Shown one piece after another: positions 9,697 to 20,337 of a stretch of DNA of 64,000 bases (position 1 is the stretch's first letter; the number at the start of each line of letters is the position of its first letter). The stretch lies in the NCBI GenBank assembly GCA_965242485.1, contig CBDESM010000003.1:1549362-1613361 (forward strand), written 5' to 3'. Source of the stretch: Dehalococcoidia bacterium (GTDB lineage: Bacteria > Chloroflexota > Dehalococcoidia > Bin125). The notes below the pieces were generated by a model. It saw nothing but the letters and a program-made list of their open reading frames with translations, was not told the origin of the DNA and ran no database searches. The position numbers and the translations under genes are program-made.

Positions 9697-10428
9697 TCAG
9701 CTCGCGAGCGCGGTCGGACCCGCGTGGATGCGGGTGCCGATGCGGTCGCGCAGGACGGCGTCAACGATAGCGCCGTCGGATTGGATGCTGAACACGTGGA
9801 TCGGGAGGCCGTGTTCGGCGCAGAGCGAGATGGCGGCGGAGTCCATGACGACGCCGAGCCGGGCGGCGATGGCGTCTTGGAAATTGAGCGTCTCGTAGCG
9901 GCGCGCGTCCGGTTCCCGGTTGGGGTCGCTGGTGTAGACGCCGTCGATGCCGTGCTTGCCCATGAGCAGGGCGGAGGCCTCGATCTCGATGGCGCGGAGC
10001 GCGGTGGCAGTGTCGGTGGTGACGAAGGGGTTGCCGGTGCCGCCGACGCAGATCACGACGCGGCCCTTGTCGAGGTGGCGGATGGCGCGGCGGCGGATGT
10101 AGGGCTCGGCGATCTGGGGCATCTGGAAGGCGGACATGGTGCGGACGTCGGCGCCGCGGGCCTCGACGGCGTCCTGCAGGGCGAGGCCGTTGAGGACGGT
10201 CGAGAGCATGCCGACGGTGTGGGCGGTGGCGGCGGTCATGCCGGAGGCTTCGGCCTCGCGGCCGCGGAAGAGGTTGCCGCCGCCGATCACGACGGCGATC
10301 TGGACGCCGGCGGCGCTGCATTCCGCGACTTGGCCGGCGATGCGGTCGAGCTCGGCCGGATCGATGCCGAAGGGACGGTCGCCCTGGAGGGCCGCGCCGG
10401 AGACCTTGAGGACGATGCGGCGCTCCAC
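9697..10428 (-). CDS. pyrH: UMP kinase
   Basis: KVSGAAL ... VVIGGGN amino-acid kinase motifs. Confidence 0.9.
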   Translation of the reverse strand: MERRIVLKVSGAALQGDRPFGIDPAELDRIAGQVAECSAAGVQIAVVIGGGNLFRGREAEASGMTAATAHTVGMLSTVLNGLALQDAVEARGADVRTMSAFQMPQIAEPYIRRRAIRHLDKGRVVICVGGTGNPFVTTDTATALRAIEIEASALLMGKHGIDGVYTSDPNREPDARRYETLNFQDAIAARLGVVMDSAAISLCAEHGLPIHVFSIQSDGAIVDAVLRDRIGTRIHAGPTALAS

Positions 10429-10446
10429 GGCGGGCGCGGGCCGCGG

Positions 10447-10935
10447 CTACTCGCCGAGCTGCCAGCGGACGAAGCGGGCGACCTCGATGCGCTCCTTGGC
10501 GCTGGCGACGACTTCGTTGATGCGGTCGCCGATGGTCTTGGAGGAGTCGCGGATGAACTCCTGGTCGAGCAGGGCGGGGCCCTCGTCGCCGTCTCCGAGC
10601 TGGTCGGCGCTGACGGCGGCCGGGTTCATCGAGGCGACCTGCATGGCGATGTCGTGGGCGAGCTCGCGGAAGGGCTCGGTGCGGGCGACGAAGTCGGTTT
10701 CGCAGCGGAGGTCGACGAGGACGCCGATGCGCCCGTTGTGGATGTAGGACTCGATCAGCCCCTCGCTGGCGTCCTTGTCGGCGCGCTTGGCGGCGGTGGC
10801 GACGCCCTTTTCGCGGAGGACGGCTTTGGCGGCTTCGAAGTCGCCGCCGGAATCTTCAAGCGCGTGGCGGCAGTCCATGATGCCCGCGCCGGTCTCCTCG
10901 CGGAGCGCCTTGATCTGTTCGATGGATGCGGGCAC
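10447..10935 (-). CDS. tsf: Elongation factor Ts (short form, 162 aa)
   Basis: UBA-like N-terminus (IKALREETGAGIMDCRHAL) and conserved position after rpsB. Confidence 0.8.
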   Translation of the reverse strand: MPASIEQIKALREETGAGIMDCRHALEDSGGDFEAAKAVLREKGVATAAKRADKDASEGLIESYIHNGRIGVLVDLRCETDFVARTEPFRELAHDIAMQVASMNPAAVSADQLGDGDEGPALLDQEFIRDSSKTIGDRINEVVASAKERIEVARFVRWQLGE

Positions 10936-10975
10936 GGCGGGTCCTTCCCGGTGCTGGCGGCGTCCGCGTCGGCCG

Positions 10976-11743
<768 letters not shown>

Positions 11744-11895
11744 AGTGCTCCAAGCATGGGAGGGGCGCGGTCGCGGGTGCCGTTCGAGTATACGCAGGGC
11801 CCGGCGGACGTGATAGATTCGCGCCCTGAGCGGCGCGGGCGGCTCGGCGGCATCGCCGTGCCGTCGCGCATCGCCCCGTGCGCGGAGGAAACGAC

Positions 11896-12199
11896 AGTGC
11901 CACGATACGCCTACGAATGCTTCGAGTGCGGACACACGCTGGAGAAGCTGGAGGGCTGGGACGCGCCGGCGAAGCAGCCGTGCAGCGAGTGCGACTCGGA
12001 GCTGCAGCGGATTCCGAGCGCGCCGGCGATCGTGTTCAAGGGTTCGGGCTGGTACTCGACCGACAACCGCAAATCGTCTTGGAAGTCGCGCTCGGACGAG
12101 GATCGGGACGGCGGATCCGGCGATTCTGAGAGCGGCGGCGAGGGCAGCGAGGCGAAGGCCGAGGGTGGCAAGGAGGCCGTCGCGTCCGCCGCCGAATAG
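11896..12199 (+). CDS. FmdB-family zinc-ribbon regulatory protein
   Basis: YECFECGH ... CSECD CxxC pairs; GTG start; acidic Gly/Ser-rich tail. Confidence 0.65.
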
Positions 12200-12208
12200 C
12201 GGCGCGGG

Positions 12209-12673
12209 ATGCGGGTCGTCGTCCAGCGGGTCAGCCGCGCCGAGGTCCTGGTCGATGGCGAGCCGGTCGGCAATATCGGCCGCGGGCTGTTGATCCTGAT
12301 CGGCGCGGCCGAAGGCGACGATGAGGCGCGGGCCGACGCGCTGGCGGCGAAGGTGGCGGGGCTGCGCATCTTCCCGGGCGAGGACGGACGGCCCGATCTA
12401 CCGCTGGCAGATGCCGGCGGCGCAGCGCTCGTGGTGAGCCAGTTCACGCTGCATGCGGACGTGCGCAAGGGGCGGCGGCCGAGTTTCACCGCCGCCGCCG
12501 CGCCGGAGATCGCGGAGCCGCTGGTGGAGCGGTTCGCGGACGCGCTGAGGTCGCGCGGCATCCGCGTCGAACAGGGCAGGTTCGGGGCCTACATGGAGGT
12601 CGATCTGGTCAACGACGGGCCCTTCACGCTCGTGATCGATTCGGCCGATCTGGAACGCCCGCGCAAGGGCTGA
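12209..12673 (+). CDS. dtd: D-aminoacyl-tRNA deacylase
   Basis: [14 protein letters not shown]-terminus and SQFTL motif. Confidence 0.85.
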   Translation: MRVVVQRVSRAEVLVDGEPVGNIGRGLLILIGAAEGDDEARADALAAKVAGLRIFPGEDGRPDLPLADAGGAALVVSQFTLHADVRKGRRPSFTAAAAPEIAEPLVERFADALRSRGIRVEQGRFGAYMEVDLVNDGPFTLVIDSADLERPRKG

Positions 12674-12681
12674 GGCGCGGC

Positions 12682-13533
12682 TCAGAAAGCGAGATCGAGC
12701 GCGATGTCGAGGGCGGGGGCGGAGTGGGTGAGCGCGCCGAGGGAGATGTAGTCGACGCCGGCGGCCGAGATCGCTTCGATGTCGGCGAGGGCGATGCCGC
12801 CGCTGGCTTCCGTGGTCGCGCCAGCGCGGGCCGCGAGCGCCGCGGCGGCGGGGAGGTCGGCGAGCGCGAAGTTGTCGAGCAGGAGCGAGCGCGCTCCCGC
12901 CGCCAGCGCTTCCTCGGCTTCCGCCGCGGAGGTGACTTCAACCTCGACTGCCGTGGCGGGGCCGACGTTCTGCAAGGCGGTGCGGACGGCGTCGCCGAGG
13001 CTGCCGCCGGCGGCGCGGACGGCGGTGATGTGGTTGTCCTTGATCAGGACGCCGGCGGCGAGGTTGTCGCGGTGGTTGAGGCCGCCGCCGCAGCGGACGG
13101 CATAGCGCTCGGCCGCGCGCAGTCCGGGCGTCGTCTTGCGGGTGTCGAGGATGCGGGCGCGGCCGCCGCGCCGGGCCGCGGCGACGGCGGCAGCGGTCAG
13201 CGTGGCCGTGCCGGAGAGGCGCTGGAGGAAGTTCAGCGCGACCCGCTCGCCGGCGAGGATGCCGGCGGCGGAGCCTTCGATGCGGGCGATTCGGCGGCCG
13301 GCGGCGACCTGCTCGCCGTCTGCGGCATCCGCCGCGAATTCCGCGCCGATGGCGGTGATCTCGAAGGCGGCGCTGGCGAAGCCGATGCCGCAGATGACGC
13401 CGTCGGCGCGGGCGATGATCTCGCCGGCCGCGTCGCGCATCCAATCGGCGAGCGACATCGTCGTGACGTCGAGGCCGGCGCGGTCCTCGGCAAGCGCGGC
13501 TGCGGCGAGCGCGCGGATGGCGGCGCGATCCAT
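12682..13533 (-). CDS. nadC: Nicotinate-nucleotide pyrophosphorylase (quinolinate PRTase)
   Basis: QPRTase-like sequence; start at MDRAAIR, 5 bp after the nadB stop. Confidence 0.85.
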   Translation of the reverse strand: MDRAAIRALAAAALAEDRAGLDVTTMSLADWMRDAAGEIIARADGVICGIGFASAAFEITAIGAEFAADAADGEQVAAGRRIARIEGSAAGILAGERVALNFLQRLSGTATLTAAAVAAARRGGRARILDTRKTTPGLRAAERYAVRCGGGLNHRDNLAAGVLIKDNHITAVRAAGGSLGDAVRTALQNVGPATAVEVEVTSAAEAEEALAAGARSLLLDNFALADLPAAAALAARAGATTEASGGIALADIEAISAAGVDYISLGALTHSAPALDIALDLAF

Positions 13534-13537
13534 CGGC

Positions 13538-15052
13538 CTACTCGACCGCCATCCGCCAGAAGCGGCTGCGCGCCTGGCGGGCGTCTGCTTCGGGGAAGTC
13601 GGAGCGGACATGCGCGCCGCGGCTCTCCTCGCGGGCGAGCGCTGCGCCGATGATCGCGCGCGCTGCGAGCGCCGCGGAGTGCGTTTCCCGCTGTGCTTTG
13701 CTCGCTGGGTGCCGCCGCGCGTCGATCTCCGCTGCTGCCGCGGCGAGCCCGTCGGCGTCCCGGACCAGGCCCGCGCCGGCGGACATCGCGCCCCGGAGCG
13801 CGTCCCATGAGGGAGCGGCGGCGGAGGCGGGCAAGGCGAGCTGCTCCGGTGCGCAGCCGAATTCCGCGCCGCGCGGCGTTTCCGCTGCGGCGCGCGCGGC
13901 CCGGGCCGAGAAGACGGCGGCTTCGAGCAGGGAGTTGGAGGCGACGCGGTTCGCGCCATGCGCGCCGGTGGCGGCGGTCTCGCCGCAGGCGAAGAGGCCG
14001 GGGACGCTGGTGCGCCCGTCGAGATCGGTCGCGGCCCCGCCCATGTGGTAGTGGGCCGCGGGCGCAACGGGGACGGGGCCAGAGGCGAGGTCGTGGCCGC
14101 GCTCGAGGCAGCCGGCGCGGACGCCGGGGAAGCGTCCGCGGATGAAGTCGGCGCCGCGGTGGGAGATGTCGAGCCAGACGCGGTCGCTCCCGTCGCGGCG
14201 CATCGTTTCGGCGATGGCGTTGGCGACGACGCTGCGGGGGGCGAGCTCGGCGTCGGGGTGGACGCCGGCCATGAAGCGGTCGCCGCGGGCGTCGAGCAGG
14301 ATCGCGCCTTCACCGCGGAGGGCTTCGGAGACGAGGAAGGCGGAGCCGTCGCCGGCGACGAGCGCGGTGGGGTGGAACTGCACGAACTCGACGTCGCGGA
14401 CGATCGCGCCGGCGCGGAGCGCGAGGCCGAGTCCGTCGGCGGTGGCGCCGGGCGGGTTGGTCGTGTGGCGGTAGAGGGCGCCGGCGCCGCCGGTGGCGAG
14501 GATCGTCGCGCGGGCCTCGATCGCCGACGCGTTGCCGTCGGCGTCTTCGACCACCGCGCCGGCGCAGCGGCCGGCATCGATGATCAGCTCTCGCGCGCGC
14601 GCGCCGATGCGGAGATCGAGGCCGGCCTCCGCCGCTTGGGCGGCGAGCGCGGATTGGATATGCAGGCCGGTGCGGTCGCCGCCGGCGTGGAGCACGCGGT
14701 CGACGGAGTGCGCGCCCTCGCGGCCGAGCGCGATTGCGCCGTCCGCCGCGCGGTCGAAGTCGACGCCGAGCTCGATCAGGCGACGCACCGCCGGCGGTCC
14801 CTCGCGCGCGAGGACGCGGACGGCCGCGGGGTCGCAGAGGCCCGCGCCGGCGCGGATCGTGTCCGCCGCGTGCCGTTCGGGGTCGTCGTCCGCGCCGACG
14901 GCCGCGGCGATGCCGCCCTGCGCCTGATTGGTGTTGGTGCCCGCGAGCGGCGTCTTCGAGACGACGGCGACGGAACCGCGTTCGGCGGCGATCAGCGCGG
15001 CGTTGAGTCCGGCCAGGCCGCCGCCGATGACGAGGACGTCGACGCGGCGCAT
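13538..15052 (-). CDS. nadB: L-aspartate oxidase
   Basis: FAD-binding VLVIGGGLAGL N-terminus and fumarate reductase/succinate dehydrogenase flavoprotein-like sequence. Confidence 0.9.
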   Translation of the reverse strand: MRRVDVLVIGGGLAGLNAALIAAERGSVAVVSKTPLAGTNTNQAQGGIAAAVGADDDPERHAADTIRAGAGLCDPAAVRVLAREGPPAVRRLIELGVDFDRAADGAIALGREGAHSVDRVLHAGGDRTGLHIQSALAAQAAEAGLDLRIGARARELIIDAGRCAGAVVEDADGNASAIEARATILATGGAGALYRHTTNPPGATADGLGLALRAGAIVRDVEFVQFHPTALVAGDGSAFLVSEALRGEGAILLDARGDRFMAGVHPDAELAPRSVVANAIAETMRRDGSDRVWLDISHRGADFIRGRFPGVRAGCLERGHDLASGPVPVAPAAHYHMGGAATDLDGRTSVPGLFACGETAATGAHGANRVASNSLLEAAVFSARAARAAAETPRGAEFGCAPEQLALPASAAAPSWDALRGAMSAGAGLVRDADGLAAAAAEIDARRHPASKAQRETHSAALAARAIIGAALAREESRGAHVRSDFPEADARQARSRFWRMAVE

Positions 15053-15059
15053 CGCCGGC

Positions 15060-16289
15060 TCAGGTGATTTCCAGCATGCGGTTGAGCGCGACCTGCGCCC
15101 ACTCGCGGGTGTCGTCGTCGACTTGGATGCGGTTCACGACGCGGCCCTCGACCAGCGACTCGGCGGCCCAGGCGAGGTAGGCCGGGTGGATGCGGTACAT
15201 CGTCGCGCAGGGGCAGACGACCGGGTCGAGGCAGAACGCGGTCTTGCCCTGCGGCGCGACCTCTTGGTCGAGCCGGTGGACGAGGTTGATCTCGGTGCCG
15301 ACGGCGTAGACGCCGGGCTCGCCGCCGCGGACGTAGTTGATGATGAATTCGGTGGAGCCGACTGCGTCGGCCGCGTCGACGACGGGTTCGGGGCATTCCG
15401 GGTGGACCACGACCTTGCAGCCCGGATGCTGCGCGCGGGCCTTCTCGATCTGGTCGGTGCGGAAGCGGACGTGGACGGAGCAGTGGCCCTGCCAGAGCAG
15501 CACTTTGGACTGCTCGACGCGTTCGGGGCGCAGGCCGCCGAGCGCCTTGTTCGGGTTCCAGACGGCCGATTCGGCGCGGACATCGATGCCGAGCGCCTTG
15601 GCGGTGTTGCGGCCGAGGTGCTGGTCGGGGAAGAAGAGCACGCGGTCGCCGCGCTCGAAGGCCCAGCGCAGGACGGCATCGGCATTGGAGGAGGTGCAGA
15701 CCGCGCCGCCGTGCTTGCCGACGAACGCCTTCAGGGAAGCGGCCGAGTTCATGTAGGTGATCGGGATCACGCGCTCGGCGTCGACGACTTCGGAGAGCTC
15801 GTCCCAAGCGGCGTAGACGTCGTCGGGCTGGGCCATATCGGCCATCGAGCAGCCGGCGGCGAGGTTGGGCAGGACGACGATCTGGTCGGGCCGCGTGAGG
15901 ATGTCGGCGCTTTCGGCCATGAAGTGGACGCCGCAGAAGATGATGAATTCGGCTTCGCCGGCCGCGGCGGCCTGCTGCGCGAGCTTGAAGGAGTCGCCGC
16001 GGAAGTCGGCGAACTCGATGATGTCGTCGCGCTGGTAGTGGTGGCCGAGCACGAGCAGCCGATCTCCGAGCTCGCGGCGCGCGGCTCGGATGCGCTCGCG
16101 CAGTTCGCCGCCGCCCAAGTCGAGGTACTGCTGGGGGATTTCGGGCTGCCACTCCGGCAAGTGCGGTTCGGAGGCGAGGGGGACGGTGGCGATGCCGGTC
16201 TCGCACTGATCGTCGGGCAAATTCGGCGGCAGGCGCGGGGGTTCGTAGCGCGGGGTGATGATCACGGAAGCGGGCGATGCAGTGGTCAT
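15060..16289 (-). CDS. nadA: Quinolinate synthase A
   Basis: NadA-like sequence; start trimmed to MTTASPAS. Confidence 0.85.
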   Translation of the reverse strand: MTTASPASVIITPRYEPPRLPPNLPDDQCETGIATVPLASEPHLPEWQPEIPQQYLDLGGGELRERIRAARRELGDRLLVLGHHYQRDDIIEFADFRGDSFKLAQQAAAAGEAEFIIFCGVHFMAESADILTRPDQIVVLPNLAAGCSMADMAQPDDVYAAWDELSEVVDAERVIPITYMNSAASLKAFVGKHGGAVCTSSNADAVLRWAFERGDRVLFFPDQHLGRNTAKALGIDVRAESAVWNPNKALGGLRPERVEQSKVLLWQGHCSVHVRFRTDQIEKARAQHPGCKVVVHPECPEPVVDAADAVGSTEFIINYVRGGEPGVYAVGTEINLVHRLDQEVAPQGKTAFCLDPVVCPCATMYRIHPAYLAWAAESLVEGRVVNRIQVDDDTREWAQVALNRMLEIT

Positions 16290-16308
16290 GGGCGGCTCTC
16301 GAACAGCG

Positions 16309-16329
16309 TTTAGTGTCAATATGACACTA
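16309..16329. promoter_or_regulatory. Perfect 21-bp palindrome TTAGTGTCAATATGACACTAA; putative NrtR operator
   Basis: Located 20 bp upstream of the nadA start and downstream of the Nudix-wHTH regulator gene; perfect 9-nt inverted-repeat arms around ATA. Confidence 0.5.
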
Positions 16330-16385
16330 ACGGGAATGGCGCAAGTGTTGCAGATTTTGGAGCAATTTGTCAACTGGTTGACCCG

Positions 16386-17036
16386 CTAACCGCGGTCGCG
16401 GAAGCGGTAGAGGCGGGCCGGCCGGCCGCGGCTGCTGATGCGGGTTTCATCCGTTTCGCGCAGGAAGCCGGCGGCCCGGATGCGGCGGCGGAAGTTCCGC
16501 TTGTCGAGCGGGCGGCCGAGGATCGCCTCGTAGACCGACTGGAGTTCGGGCATGCTGAAGCGCGGCGGCAGCAGCGAGTAGGCCGCGTCGGTGTACTCCA
16601 GCTTGTTGATCAGCCGCTGGCGGGCCGTGGCGATCACCTCCTCGTTGCGGAAGGCGAGCGGCGGCAGCGCGTCGAGCGGGAACCAGGCCGGGCGCCAAGC
16701 CGGGCGCGTGGCGAGGCGGACGCCGTCGCGCCGCACGAGCGCGAACGAGGCGACCGCGACGCTGCCGTCGGCCGGGCTCGGATCGAGATCGTTGAAGGTG
16801 TAGAGCTGCTCGAGGAAGAGATCGGCGACGCCGGTTTCCTCTTCGAGCTTGCGGACGGCGGCGCGGTCGAGCGATTCGCCCGGCTGCAGCGCGCCGCCGG
16901 GCGCGGCCCACTTGCCCTCTTCGGGCGGCGCGGAGCGCTCGATCAGCAGGACTTGCAGGCGGCCGGGATGGCGGGAGCCGATGGATTCGCCGACGCTGAA
17001 GATGACGACGACGACCGCGACGTCGGGGCGCCGCAT
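16386..17036 (-). CDS. nrtR: NrtR-type Nudix-related transcriptional regulator (Nudix domain plus C-terminal winged helix)
   Basis: Nudix box (GGALQPGESLDRAAVRKLEEETG), C-terminal DNA-binding domain, directly upstream of nadABC. Confidence 0.7.
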   Translation of the reverse strand: MRRPDVAVVVVIFSVGESIGSRHPGRLQVLLIERSAPPEEGKWAAPGGALQPGESLDRAAVRKLEEETGVADLFLEQLYTFNDLDPSPADGSVAVASFALVRRDGVRLATRPAWRPAWFPLDALPPLAFRNEEVIATARQRLINKLEYTDAAYSLLPPRFSMPELQSVYEAILGRPLDKRNFRRRIRAAGFLRETDETRISSRGRPARLYRFRDRG

Positions 17037-17051
17037 CTCGGCGGGTCGGAG

Positions 17052-18401
17052 TCAGCTGCCGGCCGGCGCGGCGGTCGGCTGGCCGCTCAGCGACCATGCG
17101 CCGGCGCGGGTGATCGCCACGTCGACCAAGTCGCCGTTGGCGATGGCGCCGCGCTCGGCGTTGAAGTGGACCAGCTTCATCGTGCGGGTGCGGCCGGTCA
17201 CCCGGTCGGTCGGCTCGTCTTCGGGCGACTTGATCGACTCGACCAGCACTGCCTCCTCGCGCCCGAGGTAGGCGGAATTGATCCCGAACGCGACGCTCTT
17301 CTGCAGTTCTTCGACGGCGTGCAGGCGCTCCGCCTTGACCTCGGCCGGCACGTCGTCGGGCTGGTTGCGGTCGGCGAAGGTGCCGGCGCGCGGGCTGTAG
17401 GCGGCGACGTGGACCTTGTCGAAGCGCAGCTCGGCGAGCAGGTCGTGCGTGGCCCGGAAGTCGGCCTCGGTCTCGCCGGGGAAGCCGACGATCACGTCGG
17501 TGCTGATCGAAACATCGCTCCAGAGCGAGCGGACTTTTTCGACGCGGTCGCGGAACTCGGCGACGGTGTAGCCGCGCCGCATCTCGGCGAGGACGCGCTC
17601 CGAGCCCGATTGGACGGGGAGCGAGAAGGCTTCGCAGACTTTGGGCAGCGAGGCCATCCCTTCGAGGATGCGGTCGGTCATGTCGGGCGGGTAGCTGGTG
17701 AGCTGGCGGATGCGGACCAGGCCGTCGAGGTCGTGCAGCGCGGCCATGAGGTCGTAGAGGTCGGCGTGCTCCGCGCCGTCGGCGACGGCAGGCTGATCCT
17801 TGCCGTAGGCCTCGACGGTTTGGCCGAGCAGGGTGACTTCGCGGACGCCGCGCTGGACGTGGGCCTCGACCTCGCGGCGGATCTCGCCGATGGGCCGGCT
17901 GCGCTCGCGGCCGCGGCGGAGCGGGACGATGCAGTAGGTGCAGAACTTGTCGCAGCCTTCGATTACGGGGACGTAGGCCGTGGCGCGGGTCTCCTCGGGG
18001 AAGATCGCGGGCCAGAACTCGCCGCCGTCGTCGGCTTCATCGGCGATGTCGAGCAGGGCGGCGACGTCTTGGAACTGCTGCGGTTGCGCGAAGGCGTCGA
18101 CGAAGGGGAAGCGCTTGGCGAAGGCGTCGTCGCGCCGCGCCGTCTTGGGGCCGACCATGCAGCCCATCACGGCCACGCGCATGTCGGGGTTGGCCTGCTT
18201 GAGCGAGGCGAGCGTGCCGAGCTTGGCCTGCGCCTTGTCCTCCGCGTGCCGGCGGACGGCGCAGGTGTTGAGCACGACGAGGTCGGCGTCGCGCGGGGAG
18301 TCGGTCGGCTCCATGCCGAGCCGTCGCAGGCCGGCGGCGAGCTTGGCGCTGTCGGCGACGTTGACTTGGCAGCCGACGGTCCAGATGTGGAACTGGCGCA
18401 T
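17052..18401 (-). CDS. miaB: MiaB-family radical SAM methylthiotransferase
   Basis: N-terminal MTTase domain (WTVGCQVN), CTYCIVP radical-SAM motif, C-terminal TRAM domain. Confidence 0.8.
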   Translation of the reverse strand: MRQFHIWTVGCQVNVADSAKLAAGLRRLGMEPTDSPRDADLVVLNTCAVRRHAEDKAQAKLGTLASLKQANPDMRVAVMGCMVGPKTARRDDAFAKRFPFVDAFAQPQQFQDVAALLDIADEADDGGEFWPAIFPEETRATAYVPVIEGCDKFCTYCIVPLRRGRERSRPIGEIRREVEAHVQRGVREVTLLGQTVEAYGKDQPAVADGAEHADLYDLMAALHDLDGLVRIRQLTSYPPDMTDRILEGMASLPKVCEAFSLPVQSGSERVLAEMRRGYTVAEFRDRVEKVRSLWSDVSISTDVIVGFPGETEADFRATHDLLAELRFDKVHVAAYSPRAGTFADRNQPDDVPAEVKAERLHAVEELQKSVAFGINSAYLGREEAVLVESIKSPEDEPTDRVTGRTRTMKLVHFNAERGAIANGDLVDVAITRAGAWSLSGQPTAAPAGS

Positions 18402-18433
18402 GGGCGGGGCCTTCGGCGGAAAGCGGCAGGTGG

Positions 18434-18526
18434 TGGCGGAGGGTGAGGGATTCGAACCCTCGACGGAGTCTCCCCCGAACCCGCTTAGCAGGCGGGCGCA
18501 CTAGGCCACTATGCGAACCCTCCGCC
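18434..18526 (-). tRNA. tRNA-Ser (anticodon GCT)
   Basis: Cloverleaf with long variable arm; anticodon loop CTGCTAA; T-loop GGTTCGAATCC; CCA encoded. Confidence 0.8.
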
Positions 18527-18587
18527 AGCGATGGTACCAGCGCAGCGCTCCCCCGGGAGGACGCGGATCGGCTTTAGGCTGCACCCG

Positions 18588-19475
18588 ATGAAGCGGATCG
18601 CGGAACTGCTGCGGGGCGCGGCCGGGCGCGCGGGGGCGCTGGCGATGCGGCCGCGCGCCGTTCCCGTGATCGCCGCCGGCGCAATTGCGGGGGCGCTGAT
18701 CTTCGCCGTCGCGCTGGGCGCGGCGACCAAGTCGGACGGCTTCGTGCTGCGCTCCGACGACGGCCTGCCGTTCGTCGCCGAGCTGACCGGCGACGGCGAC
18801 CGCTGGGTGCTGCTCGGCCACATGTGGCCCACCAACCGGCACATCTGGGACGTGCTGGAAGCGCGCCTGATCGCCGAGGGCTACCGCGTGCTGAGCTGGG
18901 ACTTCCGCTGCCACGGCGACACGCGCTGCCAATACAGCGGCGAGCCGCTCGACGACGTCCCCGAGGTCTACCTCGAGTGGGAGGCCGCGCTGGACCACGC
19001 GATCGAGGAGGACGCCGAGGAGATCATCTGCATCGGCGCGAGCATGGGCGGCACCTCGTTGATGCAGATCGCGGCGTACCGGACGGAGTGCGCCGCCGTC
19101 GCCGCCATCTCCAGCCCCAACGTCTTCCCCAACAAACTGCCCGAAAACTACCGCGACGGCCGCCTCAACGGCCTCTCGACCGTCGCCGAGATCGCCGTCC
19201 CCAAGCTCTTCATGGTCGGCGCGACCAACCGCTGCGCCTACCTCTACTCCGAGCGCTACTACGAGCGCTCGACCGCACCCTCCCGCCTAATCGTCTACGA
19301 CACCAGCCTGCACGGCACCACGATGATCGACGACGCCGAGTTCCGCCAAGACGCCCAACGCGAAATCCTCGCCTTCCTCCGCACCCACGCCGCAATGCAA
19401 GGCAAGCAAGTCCGCAACGAAGCCCCAGAGGTCGTGGCATACGACGAGTGCTACCCGGACGACGAGGATGACTAG
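18588..19475 (+). CDS. Alpha/beta hydrolase fold protein
   Basis: GASMGG nucleophile elbow; N-terminal hydrophobic segment; start at MKRIAELL. Confidence 0.6.
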   Translation: MKRIAELLRGAAGRAGALAMRPRAVPVIAAGAIAGALIFAVALGAATKSDGFVLRSDDGLPFVAELTGDGDRWVLLGHMWPTNRHIWDVLEARLIAEGYRVLSWDFRCHGDTRCQYSGEPLDDVPEVYLEWEAALDHAIEEDAEEIICIGASMGGTSLMQIAAYRTECAAVAAISSPNVFPNKLPENYRDGRLNGLSTVAEIAVPKLFMVGATNRCAYLYSERYYERSTAPSRLIVYDTSLHGTTMIDDAEFRQDAQREILAFLRTHAAMQGKQVRNEAPEVVAYDECYPDDEDD

Positions 19476-19526
19476 TTAGCGTTGTCGTGGTCTGTGTCTT
19501 GGGCGAATGTCGGCCCTTCAGCGGCT

Positions 19527-19557
19527 CGACTGCTGGACAGCAGTCGAGCCGCACGGC
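19527..19557 (+). terminator. GC-rich hairpin (13-bp stem GGCTCGACTGCTG/CAGCAGTCGAGCC) after the hydrolase gene
   Basis: Perfect inverted repeat about 50 bp downstream of the stop; no T-tract. Confidence 0.3.
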
Positions 19558-19620
19558 CCTATGCGGCGCTTACAATCCCCCCGAGAAAGAGACGGGCCAA
19601 TTCAAGACGGGGCGAACGGG

Positions 19621-20337
19621 ATGACCAGTTCGGACAACAAGGGGGTCGACAGCGGATTCATCGAGTTGGCGCAAGAACAGCTGGATGGCGTTGAGGCGCG
19701 GCTCGGCGAGATCGAAGTCGAGATGAAGAATCTGGCGCGCGAGCGCGGCACCTTGCTCAATAACCGACTCCACTTGCAAGGCTTGGTCGGCGTTTCCAAC
19801 GCCGCGAACGACGGGGTGCAGCGTGGCGGCAACCTTGATGTGCAGGCGACTCGCGACGCGGTTGTTGACGTAATCCGCGCTCACGGACGTCCCATGCACT
19901 TCCGCGACGAGATCTACCCGAGCCTGGCAGCAGCCGGGCACGAGATCGGCGGGCAAGATCCGGCAAGCACGCTGCTCTCGCGGATGACCCCCGACAAGCG
20001 CCTGCATCGAACCGGGCGCGGCGAATACGGCCTCGCCGAGTGGTCCGATCCGGTCCCGTCTCCGGTCCGCGCGGTTTCTGTAGCGGAGAGAGGAGGTTCG
20101 AAGGTGGTTGCGGCAGCAGTGCAAGCCTTACGAGATGCCGGCGAACCTCTCCACTACCGAGAAATCACGAAGCGGACGCTCAGAGGCGGATTGTGGGAGA
20201 CGTCAGCCAAGATGCCGAACGACGTGATGGCACGCGCATTGAACAAGAGCATCGAGAAAAGCGGCAATAAATCACCTGTCATCAAGATTCGCCCCGGCAT
20301 ATTCGGGCTTCGCGGGCGCGACGAGGCGGACTCCTAA
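19621..20337 (+). CDS. Hypothetical protein with two tandem winged-helix (HARE-HTH/Mrr-N-like) domains after a coiled-coil N-terminus
   Basis: Two repeats each ending in a G(R/L)(G/R)EYGL(A/R) hairpin motif; lower-GC leader. Confidence 0.45.
   Translation: MTSSDNKGVDSGFIELAQEQLDGVEARLGEIEVEMKNLARERGTLLNNRLHLQGLVGVSNAANDGVQRGGNLDVQATRDAVVDVIRAHGRPMHFRDEIYPSLAAAGHEIGGQDPASTLLSRMTPDKRLHRTGRGEYGLAEWSDPVPSPVRAVSVAERGGSKVVAAAVQALRDAGEPLHYREITKRTLRGGLWETSAKMPNDVMARALNKSIEKSGNKSPVIKIRPGIFGLRGRDEADS

Noticed and set aside
10447-10935. EF-Ts is only 162 aa, possible truncation or pseudogene
   Set aside because: The reading frame is intact from a plausible start directly after rpsB with both N-terminal UBA-like and core regions present; short EF-Ts variants exist, so no evidence of disruption
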